A DNA stretch of 64,000 nt from Dictyostelium discoideum (lineage: Eukaryota): the NCBI GenBank assembly GCA_000004695.1, contig CM000154.2:3072001-3136000 (forward strand), read 5' to 3'. The notes under the pieces were generated by a model. That model was given only the letters and a program-made list of their open reading frames with translations. It did no database searches and was not told where the DNA came from. Of this stretch, positions 15,109 to 27,528 are shown piece after piece. Within the stretch, counting starts at the first letter, position 1. Every line of letters starts with the position of its first letter. A program made the position numbers and the translations under genes.

Positions 15109-17627
15109 TAATAATAATAATAAATCAAAAACTGATGATACAACAAATTCTGCTACAACTACAACAACAACCACTACAACTACAACAACAACAACTACAA
15201 CCAATTCAACAACAACAACAACACAATTAAATAATGGTAAAAATTTAATTGGATTAGTTTATAATGATAAAGATGAAGTTATTGCAGGTGAAAGAGATAA
15301 AATTATTGGATTATTTACAGATATTTCAAAAGTGACAGGTACACAATTTTTAGAGGAATTTTTATTTACATATCATTATTATATGACATCAGTTGATTTA
15401 TTAGAGAATTTAAAGGGTAGATTTAATAATCCATTAATGGATCAAGCAGCACAATCAATATCAATACTTGAAGAGAATCATGACAAAGTAAAGATTGAGC
15501 AGCTTTCAACACATATTAGACTTCGTGTTATTAATGTAATAAAGAAATGGATTGAAAATCATGGTTATGCATTCGCAACCGATATTAACCTGTATCAAAT
15601 GTTGGTGGACTTTATAGATGGTGATGTGATGTCGTTCAGTCAAAGATGGGGCCAATATTTGAAAAAGGCAATCAATGATAGTGGCTGTCTATTACGATAT
15701 ATAGCTGTCAATGTAAAAGAAGCATCCTCCAAACAATTGCGTGAAATCATCTCATTGGATAATTTAGATGCAATCTCAAAATTAATGTCACAATCATTAC
15801 AATTGAAAGAACGTAAAAAAGGTTTAAAAGTTATTAAAAATTCATTCACAGGTAATGAAGCTGTAGAATGGTTAATTAATAAATTCAATTTAGATTCAAA
15901 AGATGAAGCACTTGAAACTTTATCAAAAATGTTACAATCAAATTTAATTTTTCATCATTCAAAATCTGGTTCTTCATTTTCTCCATCCTCCTCCTCCTCC
16001 TCAACAACAACAACGACAACAACATCATCATCATCATCGAGTTCGAATACAACAACTGCAAATATGGCATCATCATCTTCTGCAACCGATAATAGCAGCA
16101 GTGGTGGTGTTGTAACTTCTTCATCATCTTCTTCATCATCATCATCTTCTTCACCATCAAATGGAAATGGTACAACAGCTATAACGAGTACAAGTTTACC
16201 AAATTCTATATCATCATCAAATTCAACATCAATTTTAACATCATTAGTTGTAAATAGTAATAGTAGTGGAATTGCTAATGGTTCCTCAACTCCATCAATA
16301 CCATCATCTGTAACATCACCTTTAACAAATTCAAAATCGACTTTAAATTCTACCCCTTCATCATCATCAAATTCTTTTACTTTTAAAGATAAATCAACAA
16401 GTATCTATTATTTTATATTTGAAAATATTAATTTTCCAGAACCAATTGTACCAAAAACATTTTTTTCATCACCAAATTCAACATTTTCAATTACATTTTT
16501 AGATATTCATCCAGTTGAAATCGCTAGACAATTGACATTAATTGATTATGAGTTATTTAAAAAATTATCACCAACTGATTTCTATCATACAGCATGGAGT
16601 AAACCAGATGCAAAAGAGAAAGTACCAAATTTAATCAATTTTATCAATAGATCCAATACCGTTAGTTATTGGGTTGCCACAGAGATTTTATCATCTTCAA
16701 ATATAAAACATCGTGTTTCAGTTTTAAAAAGATTCATCACTATCGCTGAAATCCTTAGAAAATTTCATAATTGGAATACTCTCACTGGTATTTTAATGGG
16801 TTTAAATTTAGGTTCAATTCAACGTTTAAAGAAAACTTGGGAATCTATTGATAAGAAACAATTGGATTCACTTCAAAATTTAATTAATCTAACAAGTGAA
16901 CGTTTAAATTATTCAAATTATCGTAAAGAAATGTCAACTCCAACTTATCCTTGTTTACCTTTTATGGCTGTATATTTAAAAGATTTATATTTTATTGAAG
17001 AAAATCCTGATTATTTAGAAAATGGTTATATTAATTTTGAAAAAGTAAAAAATTATTATTATTATTATTAAATTTATTTAATTTTTATTTAATTTATTTA
17101 ATTTATTAACTTTTTTATTTTATTTTTTTTTTATTTTTTTTTACTTTTTATTTTAGATGAAAATGATTTCTAAAGTTTTAATTGAAATTAAAAGATATCA
17201 AACTGAACAATATTGGTTAAAGAAAATAGATGCAATTGAAAATATATTGAAATCAGTTGTTTTAACTGATAAAGATTTATATAAAGCTTCACATATGATT
17301 GAACAACCTCAAAGAACAATGACTGTTGGTTCAAATTTAAAAGCTCAATCATTTTTAACAACAACAACAACAACTACCACTACAAATAATTTAAATAATA
17401 ATAATAATAATAATAATCCAAATAATAATAATAATAATAATAATAATAGCGCTAATAATAAATCTTCACCATCTCCATCACCCTCCTCCTCTCCAATTAC
17501 TTCATCACCAATATCATCATTAACAATTAACAACAACAATACGATTTCATCAAATTTATCAGCTTCAACTGATAGTAGTATAAATACAAAAAAGAAATCT
17601 TCTTTCTTAATGTTTGGAAAGAAATAA
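13619..17627 (+). CDS. Ras guanine-nucleotide exchange factor with REM (RasGEF_N), DEP and CDC25-type catalytic domains; exons 13619..17044, 17157..17627
   Basis: REM-like: IGLVYNDKDEVIAGERDKIIGLFTD...TQFLEEFLFTYHYYMTSVDLLENL. DEP: LKVIKNSFTGNEAVEWLINKFNLDSKDEALETLSKMLQSNLIFH. RasGEF catalytic: FLDIHPVEIARQLTLIDYELFKKLSPTDF...NLINFINRSNTVSYWVATEIL...LRKFHNWNTLTGILMGLNLGSIQRLKKTW...YRKEMSTPTYPCLPFMAVYLKDLYFIEENPDYLENGYINFEK. Donor GTAAAA at 17045; 112-nt intron; acceptor TTTTAG at 17156. Exon 2 (MKMISKVLIEIKRYQ...) completes the CDC25 domain. Both phases are 0. Confidence 0.8.
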
Positions 17628-17757
17628 TAAAAAAAAAAAAAAATATATACTAAAAGTGTTTATGTATATTAATAATAAAAAAAAAAAAAAAAAAAAGAAA
17701 AGTAATTTTAGTATAGAAAAATAAAGAAACAAATTGTTTCTCTTTTTTTTTTTGCCA

Positions 17758-17796
<39 letters not shown>

Positions 17797-18009
17797 GGCA
17801 CGCCAATAACGTTTTGTCAACCTCTTTTTTTATTTTTTACTTTTTTTTTTTTTTTTCAAATTTTTTTTTTTTTATGGCAAAAAAAAAAGCATAAAAGAAA
17901 AACTCGTTTCTTTTTTTTTTCTTTTTTTTATTGACAAACAAACTAAAATGTAAGCATCAATACTTATTTATAAATTTATATTTTATTTTTTTTATTTTTT
18001 TATTATTAT

Positions 18010-18092
18010 TACTTGGTGATGATTAACAGCTAAAGACTAGAGTTTCTGTAAAAACTATTGCTGAGACTATGCATTATTCTTTCCTGATATTT
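18010..18092 (+). ncRNA. Candidate box C/D snoRNA
   Basis: GGTGATGA (C box, 18015..18022), internal CTGA (18061..18064, D-prime-like) and CTGA (18084..18087, D box) within about 80 nt. The local sequence is non-homopolymeric and less AT-rich than surrounding intergenic DNA, and lies between two protein genes. Confidence 0.25.
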
Positions 18093-18304
18093 AATATTTT
18101 TAAAAAAAAAAAAAGAAATATATATTTGTGTTAAGAAAAAAAAAAAAAACAAATTTTAACTTTTTTTCTTTTTTTTTTTTCCTTTTTAAAGTTTTTAGGT
18201 TACATAAGTTCTTGATTCATCTAAGTTAGCTCCTTGATTTATTTTATTAATGTATGTTTTCAAAAAAGACTCAGGATAATTTTGCTTTTTATGTTTTAAA
18301 GGTT

Positions 18305-18395
18305 GCCAAGATTAAGTGATGATATTAATTACCGTCCGATTCTCGAATAAGACGATAACCTTTGGCTGTTTTTTTAAAACACTGATTTTCTTCAC
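18305..18395 (+). ncRNA. Candidate box C/D snoRNA
   Basis: AGTGATGA (C box, 18315..18322) ... CACTGA (D box, 18382..18385), about 70 nt apart. The flanks can pair weakly (AAGA / TCTT). Sequence between has normal complexity (ccgtccgattctcgaataagacgataacctttggctg), unusual for this intergenic DNA. It is 300 nt downstream of the first candidate on the same strand; snoRNA genes often cluster. Confidence 0.25.
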
Positions 18396-18600
18396 ATATC
18401 TTTAAACATAATTGCAAAAAATAATATTCATGGTGTCTAAATATTTTTTTTATATTTAAACCAATACTAATATTTTTTTTCTTTTACCATAAATTATTAC
18501 AGATTTTAGAATTATTTTCCTTTTTCTTTCCTTTTTCTCTGAGATTACTTTTTTTATCATAAAATGATTTTAAAATGTTTAAATAAAAATGTTAAATTAT

Positions 18601-18722
18601 TAAAAAAAAAATGTGTTTGGTCAATTTGTTTTTTTATATTTTTGTGTTTAAATTTCTTTTTGTTAAAAAAAAAATGTATTTGGTCAATTTGTTTTTTTAT
18701 ATTTTTGTGTTTAAAACCCAAT
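18601..18722. repeat. About 60-bp tandem duplication
   Basis: aaaaaaaaatgtgtttggtcaatttgtttttttatatttttgtgtttaaa (18601..18655) is repeated as aaaaaaaaatgtatttggtcaatttgtttttttatatttttgtgtttaaaa (18669..18722) with one G>A difference. ORF 18611..18793 is an artefact of it. Confidence 0.85.
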
Positions 18723-18971
18723 TTCTAAATTTTTTTAATCATTTTTTTTTAATTCCAAATTTATTTATTCTTTATGTTTTTTTTTTTTTTTAAAAAAAAG
18801 AAGAAAGTAATATGTTTTAAAATTTTATAGGTTTTTTATTTTTTTTTATAATAAAATTACACGTAAAATTGAGTTTTATACATGTTTTTTTTTTTTTTTT
18901 TTTTGTAGATTTATTTTTTTAAATATGTGGAATTTGTATTTATATTATTATATTACTGTTGTTGGTTTATT

Positions 18972-19571
18972 TTAGTTTTGTTGTAAAAGGTTGGTACCAC
19001 AGGTTTCAGCAATGAGTTTTTCGATTTCACTACCATAAGTGACACCTCCTGCTTTTGGTTGAGTTGATTTAACACCAGCTTCGAAACCTTCTTGGTATGC
19101 TTTTGATTTTTCAGCAGTAGCAGTAGTTTTAATTTCTTTTGATAAATCTTCTTTGGCAATTGATTTGAAGGTATTTAATTTACCGACACCATGTGAAATG
19201 CCAAATAAAACGCTAAGACCATATAAAACCTTTAATTATGTTTGATGTGATGGATAATGATCATTATTATTTTTATTATTATTATTATTTAATTTTGTAT
19301 TTTTATTAATTTATTATTAGTACATCTATATATTTGGTTTAAAAATTTGTGGGTTTCTTTATTTTTTTTTTTTTTTTTCTGCTGTGACTGGGTGAAGATC
19401 GTATAAAAAAAAAAGAAAACAAAAAAAAAAATATAAAAAAAAAGAAGAAAATAATGTCATAATAATAAAATTGATTTGTTTTTTTTTTTAAAAAAGTTAT
19501 TGATATGGGTGTGTTAACACATAAGATATAAGATTACTTACACCGACGAATGAGTTTGGAGTGTAAGACAT
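18972..19571 (-). CDS. Small conserved-looking membrane protein (95 aa), 2 exons (minus): 19571..19542, 19229..18972
   Basis: Exon 1 is AAAATG TCT TAC ACT CCA AAC TCA TTC GTC GGT then GTAAGT; 312-nt intron; acceptor TTAAAG. Exon 2 is VLYGLSVLFGISHGVGKLNTFKSIAKEDLSKEIKTTATAEKSKAYQEGFEAGVKSTQPKAGGVTYGSEIEKLIAETCGTNLLQQN*. It has one predicted TM helix with a small-residue (G/S) face. Only the last 68 codons appear in the ORF track (18953..19159). Confidence 0.45.
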
Positions 19572-19630
19572 TTTAATATATATTATGTGTGTGAATGTGA
19601 TGAAAAACTATGAAATGAAAAAACAAAAAA

Positions 19631-19671
<41 letters not shown>

Positions 19672-19702
19672 TTTTTTATTTTTTTTATTTTTTTTGGAAA
19701 AC

Positions 19703-19757
<55 letters not shown>

Positions 19758-20372
19758 ATTATATGTGAAGAATTTCATTTTTTGATGTGTTTGTGAAAAT
19801 AAAAAAAAATAGTAAAACCAAAAAAAAAAAAAAAAAAAAGTAAACTAATTATTTGTATTTGTATTTGTATTTTTTTTAAAAAAATATTGTCTTATTGATC
19901 TCTTTTAATTTTTTTTATTTTTATTTTTATTTTGTTTTTTATGTTGGTAATAAAAATAAACAAAACTACATCAATGATGGTTGGTGTCTAAGGAAAGAAA
20001 AAGAGAAAGAGACCACTTGGAAGAGATATGATTTGTTTGGCTTAAGCAATTAAAGAAGTCTTTAATGGTTTGGATGGCTTATTTGGCTTTGGCATTGGTT
20101 TTGGTGGACAAGTAATAAATTCAATCGATTCAAAATTCATTTTCTAATTATTTCTAAAAGGATAAACACTAGCTTCTTTTGTTTTGTTTTTGTTTTAAAT
20201 TTTTTTTTTTTTTTTTACATTTTATAGTGATTAAAAAAAAAAAAAAACCCAAAATAAAAAAAAAAAAAATTAAATTAAATTATTTACATTATTTCACTTT
20301 TTTTTTAAAAATCTGGGTTTTTTTTTTTTTGGAAATCAAAGATTTTTTGTGATTGGACAAATATAAAAAAAA

Positions 20373-20403
<31 letters not shown>

Positions 20404-20552
20404 CAATTTTGTGACTAAGAAATAGCAAAGGGTTTTTTTTTTTATTTATTTTATTTTATAATCTAGTATTTTTATTTTTTTATTTTTATTTTTATTTTTG
20501 TTTTATTTTTGTTTTATTTTATTTTATTTTCGATACAAAATCGATAATAACC

Positions 20553-21416
20553 CTAAATTGATTTCGGTAAACAATTTTTTATTTTGGTTAAAGTAATATT
20601 ATTGAGTCTAGTATGATCAATTTCAGAAATTGAATGGGTTAAAGAGAATGGTATTGTGTTTAAAATTTTTATTGTTGGTTTGGCATCTTTTCCCATATTA
20701 AAAATACAGTATAAAATTGGAATTGTGTCACCTATTTTAGAACGAATTTCATTGATTTGTAAAGTATCTTTTTCAATATTGGTAAAGATTCCAGTGGAAG
20801 TGGATGCAAAAAATATAATATCATTCTCTTTAATTCCTGCTAAATCATTTATTTGTTTTTCTACTATATTTTGAAATGATAATTTCATTTTTAAACTTTG
20901 TAATAAATTTTCAAAAAATGGTTGATTTTTAATGATAATAAAATTTGGGTTATTATCAACAACAACAACAACATCATCATCATCATCATCAACCTTTAAA
21001 TTATTTTTTTCTTGGTTCAAATAATTTTCAAATGATTGATTTTCATTTATTAATTGTTTATCAATTTCTTGTAAATCTGGTTTTGTTGTTGTTGTAGTTA
21101 TGGATTTATTAATTGGAATTAAAGTTTTTAATTGATTTAGTTTTGAATTTTCTTTTTTTAATAGTTCAATTTCTACCAATTTTTCTTCTAAAATTTCCAG
21201 TAAAAAATGTTTATTTAAATCATGACCAAATTTTTGGAATTGAAATGGATGAAAATAATTTTCAAACTTTTTTTTAACATTTAAAATGGTATCAGTAAAT
21301 TCTAATTCAGTATTAAAATTATTATTACTATTATTATCTGATGGAAATAGGTCGTTAGTTTTTAAAATTTCATCAAAACTTTTAACTGATTTTATTTTTA
21401 AATCAAATGAAAACAT
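20553..21416 (-). CDS. Lineage-specific protein, family A (paralog of 33859..35448)
   Basis: ORF of 287 aa. The N-terminus (FENYFHPFQFQKFGHDLNKHFLLEILEEKLVEIELLKKENSKLNQLKTL) and C-terminus (IIFFASTSTGIFTNIEKDTLQINEIRSKIGDTIPILYCIFNMGKDAKPTIKILNTIPFSLTHSISEI) are collinear with FRLLEKKNLQNL...KFRGIIHIVQIRDLGTKIHRDLLYEIMFEKLLDIARLNNESKLLKNEIQDLKTKL and FVLYAVSCMGARTDSERDAFKIKSIRSIIGDKVPIIYGVFMIGKNGPTRIKVEHTQTSISITHSMSDI of the 33859 gene. Confidence 0.6.
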   Translation of the reverse strand: MFSFDLKIKSVKSFDEILKTNDLFPSDNNSNNNFNTELEFTDTILNVKKKFENYFHPFQFQKFGHDLNKHFLLEILEEKLVEIELLKKENSKLNQLKTLIPINKSITTTTTKPDLQEIDKQLINENQSFENYLNQEKNNLKVDDDDDDVVVVVDNNPNFIIIKNQPFFENLLQSLKMKLSFQNIVEKQINDLAGIKENDIIFFASTSTGIFTNIEKDTLQINEIRSKIGDTIPILYCIFNMGKDAKPTIKILNTIPFSLTHSISEIDHTRLNNITLTKIKNCLPKSI

Positions 21417-21902
21417 GTTTTTTATCTATTCTATTTTTTTTTTTTTTTTTTTTTTTCTTATATCGTTAATTAACACTGTGATAATAGGTTTTTTTTTTTT
21501 TATATTGCTTTGAAATAAAAATAATATTAATTCTTTTTTTACATTGCTTTTTTTTTTTTCATTATTTTTTTAATTTTTTTTTTTTTTTTTTTTAAGAATT
21601 TTTTTTAACTTAAATTGTTAAGCAAGTTTTCATTTAAAAATACACAACTTAGATATTTATAGGTTAAAAATTTAAATTATAACTTTTTACAATAATTTTT
21701 TCAATCATATTATTTTTTTTTTTTATTTAATATTCAAGTTATAAAAATTATAATAATTAAAAGATATTTTTTTGATTGTTTGAATTTTATTTTTTTTTAT
21801 TTTTTTTTTATTTTTTTTTATTATTTTTTTTTTATTTTAAATATGAATATTTTTTCATTTTTTTTTTTTCATTTTTTCTGCTTTGATCAACAATTTTAAA
21901 AA

Positions 21903-23061
21903 ATGAATGACAATAATAAATTTTTATATATATGGAGAAATAAAATAATAAAAAATAAAATATTATCTTTTTTAAGAGATGATAAAAATTTTTATAGTAG
22001 TTATCGATATAATAGAATATTTTCATGTTCATGGATGATAGAGAATGGATACTTTGAATTATTAAAAGAAAAAGTTGAAAAAGGTGAATATTTAGTATTC
22101 ATTAATAAAAATATATTTGATAATGGAGTTTTACCATTAGGTTTACCAAGAAGTTTAACAAAAAAGAAATATGATAATAATATTAATAATAATAATAATA
22201 ATGATAATAAAAATAAAAATAATAAAAATAATAATAATAATAATAATATTAAAAATAATCAAATTATTTTCGATAGTAATTCAATTTTTTATAAAGAAAA
22301 AGCAGCAATTCATTGGGATTTAAATTTTTATAATAATTTATTTAAAAATTATTCAAATTATTTTTTAAATTTTAATAAATCAATAACTGAAAGTACATTA
22401 ATCGAATATGATAATCAACAAGCATTACAGGTTTTAGTAGAGAATTTTAATCATATATTAGGGATTGAATCGTTTTTTAAATCATTTGAAATTGGATCTT
22501 ATGAATGTTCATTTTATATTTTTAATAAATTCAAAAATGAAATTTTAAAAAGTAAAAAACATCAAACAAGAATTTGGAATATTATATTAAACTATTCAAA
22601 TATGAAGAATGAGTTAATTACAAGTGAGATTTTAAATCAAAGAATTGATTTCATAATTAATAAATGTCAAATACCACCAACAACAACTACAACAGATTTA
22701 GAATCATTCGTACCATTTTTATTTGAAATTAAAATATTTAAACAAAAATTATCAACAATTATAGATTGTGTTAAATCAATAATTCAATTAAATGAATTAT
22801 TCACACCATTCATTACATCAATAAATGATAAATCTTATAAATTAAAATTACCAAAAAATCAAGAAATCATTTGTTCACCAGCACCACCACAATCGAAAAT
22901 TGATAAAGAATTTAAAATGTTAAATAAATTAATTTCACAATTAGGTAGTAGTGGTAAACAAGATAAAGATCAAGATAAAGATAAAAATAAAAATAATAAA
23001 TTTAAATTACCAATTGATATTAAAGAATTTGAATCATTAATATTTACAAATTTCAATAATG

Positions 23062-23096
<35 letters not shown>

Positions 23097-24689
23097 CAAC
23101 AACAACAACAATTAAATACAATAATTTGTGATTTTAATCAAAATAATACAACTAATGAACAATTTCAATTAATAAAGAAATTATATTTATTATTATTACC
23201 ATTTACAAATCATTTTAATTGTTTTATTGATAATTGGAATTTTTATAAAATTAATTATGAAAATGATTATCAAGATTATCAAACTTTTAAAAAAAATGAT
23301 AATTTCATTGTTAAAGGAACAATTAGATTTCATTCAAAAATGTTTGCACATTATAATTTTAATGATTTGAATAATGAATGTATTGATGATAATAAATTAT
23401 TTGAATATTGTAAAAATGAAAAACAATTACAAATTAATTATTTAAATAATTTAAATAATGATTTAAAAAATAATCAATCAAATAATAATAATAATAATTC
23501 AATTTTAAAATGTATATTAATTAATTTAATTTGGTTGGATGATATGGAATTAATTAAAAATTTAAATATACCAGATGATATTGAATTTTCACAAATTAAT
23601 ATAACAATGTTTATTTCAAAAGTAAAGTCAATTGAAATGTTTGATTTTATAATTCAAATTATTAAAAAGTCAGAATTAAAATTAGAATTAAATAAAAGTC
23701 AACAACAACAAGTATCAAAAATATCAATAGTTTTACAAAGATTAATTTATAGTTATAAACCAATTACCATATTAGAACATTATAAAAATAAATATTCAAG
23801 TGATTATTATTCATCGGTTAGTTCAATTGATTTAAGAGATAAATGTTACAGTTTTGAAATTTTTAAATTTGTTTATGATAATCTTTCAGATTTTAAAGAT
23901 TTAGAAAAAGTTTGTACTTGGCAAAATAATATTAATTTTGCTCCAACTTTAAATCAAATTAAATATTTAGTTGAAAGGACACCACAAAATGAAAAATATT
24001 CATTACCATTCAATTGTAATGTTTATAAACCATTTTTTGAATATGTTGTTGAAGAGAGATTCCAAGATATTCAAAATAAAACATTTGTACCTGAAAATGG
24101 TAAAACAATGTTATTTTGGTATTTTATATTTAATAAAGAATTTAGAAATAATAATAATAATAATGAAAAACATGATGGTGATAGTGGTGATGATGAAATA
24201 ATTTTAAAATATAAATTAAATTTAATGAATTTCTTTGATGAAAAATTTGAAAGAGATCCAAGCATTATTAGAGAAACATTATCAAAAGCATGTAGTTTAA
24301 ATGATTTACATTTCATTGATTTAATAATGGAAAAAGCAAAAAGTAGTAATTTAAAATATAGGTACTATAATATTTATTCAAATTGTTTAATGGAAGTATT
24401 ATCATCAATTGGTGATTTAGAAATTTTAAAATATATTCATTCAAAATATCCAGACTTGGTTGAACAAAATTTTAAAAGTATTGGTCAAAAACAAGATCAA
24501 GTTGGTTTTTTCTTTTGTTGTCCTTCAATTAGATTATCAATTTTAAATGGTAATATAGATATTTTATCATTTATTTTAAATTTATACCCTGAAAAATTAT
24601 CAATTACTTCATCAAGATTATATTTATCTTTTAATAATTCTCAATTACTTAATCACTTTTTAAATTTAAAACTTTTTGAAATTGATTAA
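21903..24689 (+). CDS. Large lineage-specific protein, family B, tandem copy 1 (928 aa)
   Basis: Single ORF. N-terminus W.N....K.L.........Y......I.SC(S/Y)WMIENGYF.LLKEKVEKGEYLVF; core NSIFYKEKAAIHWDLNFYNNLFKNYSNYFLNFNKSITESTLIEYDNQQALQVLVENFNHILGIESFFKSFEIGSYECSFYIFNKFKNEILKSKKHQTRIWNI is about 95% identical to copy 2 and highly similar to copy 3. The C-terminus has an ankyrin-like LSILNGNIDILSFILNLYP. Confidence 0.7.
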
Positions 24690-24921
24690 TCAACCAAAAA
24701 AAAAAAAAAAAAAAAAAAATCATTGTATTAATAATAAAATATAAAATAAATAAAAATAAATCATTGTACTTTTAAACTTATAAACCACACTTTTTTTAAA
24801 AAACAAATAAAAAATACATTTTTCAAATTCTTAATTATTTCTTTTTTTTTTTTGGTTTGAAAATAAAAATCTTTTTTTTTTTTTTTTTTTTTTTAATTTT
24901 TTTTTTTTTTTAAAATATAAA

Positions 24922-27528
24922 ATGAATAATAGAAGAGAGAGTGAAAATTGGTTTTTTAAAGTTTGGAGTAACAAATTTTTAAGGAGTAAAATATTATTAA
25001 AGGTTAAAGTTTTCAATGATTTTTATAATAATTACAAGCTTGATAGAATAATATCATGTTATTGGATGATAGAGAATGGATATTTTCAATTATTAAAAGA
25101 AAAAGTTGAAAAAGGTGAATATTTAGTTTTTAATAGTAGTTTAATTTATCATTCAAAATTTGATAATAAATATATATTATCACAAAGAGAAAGAGTTAAT
25201 AAAAATTTAGAAAATGGTGATGATGAATTTGTGTTAAATGAAAATTCAATTTTTTATAAAGAAAAAGCATCAATTCATTGGGATTTAAATTTTTATAATA
25301 ATTTATTTAAAAATTATTCAAATTATTTTTTAAATTTTAATAAATCAATAACTGAGAGTACATTAATCCAATATGATAATCAACAAGCATTACAAGTTTT
25401 AGTAGAGAATTTTAATCATATATTAGAGATTGAATCATTTTTTAAATCATTTGAAATTGGATCTTATGAATGTTCATTTTATATTTTTAATAAATTTAAA
25501 AATGAAATTTTAAAAAGTAAAAATTTTCAATCAAGAATTTGGAATATTATAATAAATAATATTAAATTATCAAAGAAAGATATAAATAAAGTTGAAAATT
25601 TAATTAATAAAAGTGTAAATTTTATAATAAATAAATGTAATATACAATTACCACCGCCACCACAACAACAACAACAACAACAACAACAATTCACACCATG
25701 GTTATTTAATTTTCAAATTTATGAACAAAAATTATCATTAATTTATAATTGTGTTAAATCAATAGTTCAATTAAAAGAATTTTTTAAATCATATATAAAA
25801 TCAATAAATAATAATTCATTTAAATTTAAATTTGAAAATAAAGATATAATTGAAACTAATAATTTGGTTAAAAAATATATTAAAAAATTTGTTAAGTTAT
25901 TAGTTTATGATGAGAATGGAAAGAAAAAAAAAGATTTTAAAATTCCAGATTTAAAAGAAATTGAATCAATGAAATTTACAAATCAACAATTTAATTCAAC
26001 AATTTCAGATTTAATAACAGATGGTGATGATGAAAATTATGAAAATAAAGATATTCAAGAAAACCTTAGAATTTTATACTTTTCATTAATTCCATTCATT
26101 GAACAGTATGATCATTTAATTGGTAATTTAATTTTTTATAAAGTTAAAATTTTAAATGAAAAGGATTTCATGAAATATAATCATTTGTATCCAAAATTAT
26201 GTCCTAAAATGTTTGGAATATATGGTATTTATGATTATAAATATAATAATGAAAATTATTTATTTATATATTGTAAAAATAATAGAAATCTTCAAATTGA
26301 ATATATTGGAAAAATCATTGAATCATTTCACAATCAAAAATATCCTATATTTGATTTATTATTATTATTTAGAAATTTAGTATGGTTAAATGATTTAGAA
26401 TTGGTTAATTTATTAATAAACAAAATGGAAGATAATGGTTATAGATTTGAAGATAATGATAGACAATTTTTAATTTTAAATATAAAATCAATTGAAATGT
26501 TTGATTTAATTTATAGAAATTTTAAATCACAATCAAAAAACCAAAATAATAATAATAATAATAATAGTAATAATATTTATAATACTAGTTACCCAATTTC
26601 AGAAACAAAGTTTTTTTTTAATACATTATTAAAAAGTAAATTTGAAAATTTATCAATATTATTACAACATTATAAAGATTATTATACAAATGATTATTAT
26701 ACAATAGTTGATTTAATAGATTTTAAAAATAAAAATTATTCATTTGAAGTTTTTAAATTTGTTTATGATAATTTAATAGATTTTAAAGATTATGAAAAAG
26801 TTAATGTTTGGAGTGGTACCAATAATATAAAATTAATAAAAACATTAAATCAATTCAAATATTTAGTTAAACTTACACCAATTAATAAAGATTATAAAAT
26901 ACCATATGGAAATGAATCATTTTTTAAATTTATAATTGAGGAAAGATTAAATGATTTAGAAATTGGTAGATGTGATATTACAGAAACTAGTTTACCAGAT
27001 TATAGATATTTTAAAATTTATAGAAATTATAGAGTTAATAAAAATGAAAATGAAAATGAAAATGAAAAACAATTATATTATTCATTTGAAGGAAATAATA
27101 CAATATTAAGGAATACATTAATAAAGGCGTGTAAATATAATGATTTAAAATTTATTGATATGGTAATGGAAGAATCTTTTTTATATGATCAAAATAATAA
27201 AGATAATGAAAATTTTAAAAATATTTATATTATTAGCATTTTAGAAGTAATATGTTCACAAGGCGATTTAGAACTTTTTAAATATCTTTATTCAAAATAT
27301 TCAAGTACAATAGATTTTTATTTAATAAAAAATGATAAACCTGGTTTTGATGGCTATTGTCTTCCAATTAAACTTGCTTTACTCAATGGTCATATCGACT
27401 TTTTATTATTCATTTTAAATTTAATATCAGATAAAATTTATATAAATTCAAACACAACAATTAATAATAAATTATTATTAAATCATTTTTTAAATGAAAA
27501 AAATGAATTATTAACAATCTTATTATAA
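24922..27528 (+). CDS. Large lineage-specific protein, family B, tandem copy 2 (868 aa)
   Basis: Same architecture as copy 1: RIISCYWMIENGYFQLLKEKVEKGEYLVF; NSIFYKEKASIHWDLNFYNNLFKNYSNYFLNFNKSITESTLIQYDNQQALQVLVENFNHILEIESFFKSFEIGSYECSFYIFNKFKNEILKSKNFQSRIWNI; shared mid/C-terminal blocks (FEVFKFVYDNLIDFKDYEKV, LALLNGHIDFLLFILNL). Confidence 0.7.
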   Translation: MNNRRESENWFFKVWSNKFLRSKILLKVKVFNDFYNNYKLDRIISCYWMIENGYFQLLKEKVEKGEYLVFNSSLIYHSKFDNKYILSQRERVNKNLENGDDEFVLNENSIFYKEKASIHWDLNFYNNLFKNYSNYFLNFNKSITESTLIQYDNQQALQVLVENFNHILEIESFFKSFEIGSYECSFYIFNKFKNEILKSKNFQSRIWNIIINNIKLSKKDINKVENLINKSVNFIINKCNIQLPPPPQQQQQQQQQFTPWLFNFQIYEQKLSLIYNCVKSIVQLKEFFKSYIKSINNNSFKFKFENKDIIETNNLVKKYIKKFVKLLVYDENGKKKKDFKIPDLKEIESMKFTNQQFNSTISDLITDGDDENYENKDIQENLRILYFSLIPFIEQYDHLIGNLIFYKVKILNEKDFMKYNHLYPKLCPKMFGIYGIYDYKYNNENYLFIYCKNNRNLQIEYIGKIIESFHNQKYPIFDLLLLFRNLVWLNDLELVNLLINKMEDNGYRFEDNDRQFLILNIKSIEMFDLIYRNFKSQSKNQNNNNNNNSNNIYNTSYPISETKFFFNTLLKSKFENLSILLQHYKDYYTNDYYTIVDLIDFKNKNYSFEVFKFVYDNLIDFKDYEKVNVWSGTNNIKLIKTLNQFKYLVKLTPINKDYKIPYGNESFFKFIIEERLNDLEIGRCDITETSLPDYRYFKIYRNYRVNKNENENENEKQLYYSFEGNNTILRNTLIKACKYNDLKFIDMVMEESFLYDQNNKDNENFKNIYIISILEVICSQGDLELFKYLYSKYSSTIDFYLIKNDKPGFDGYCLPIKLALLNGHIDFLLFILNLISDKIYINSNTTINNKLLLNHFLNEKNELLTILL

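Noticed and set aside
20040-20141. 33-codon minus-strand ORF MNFESIEFITCPPKPMPKPNKPSKPLKTSLIA in a complex-sequence patch
   Set aside because: Too short, no signal peptide or recognisable motif, and no convincing splice partner. Noted only because the local sequence has normal complexity.
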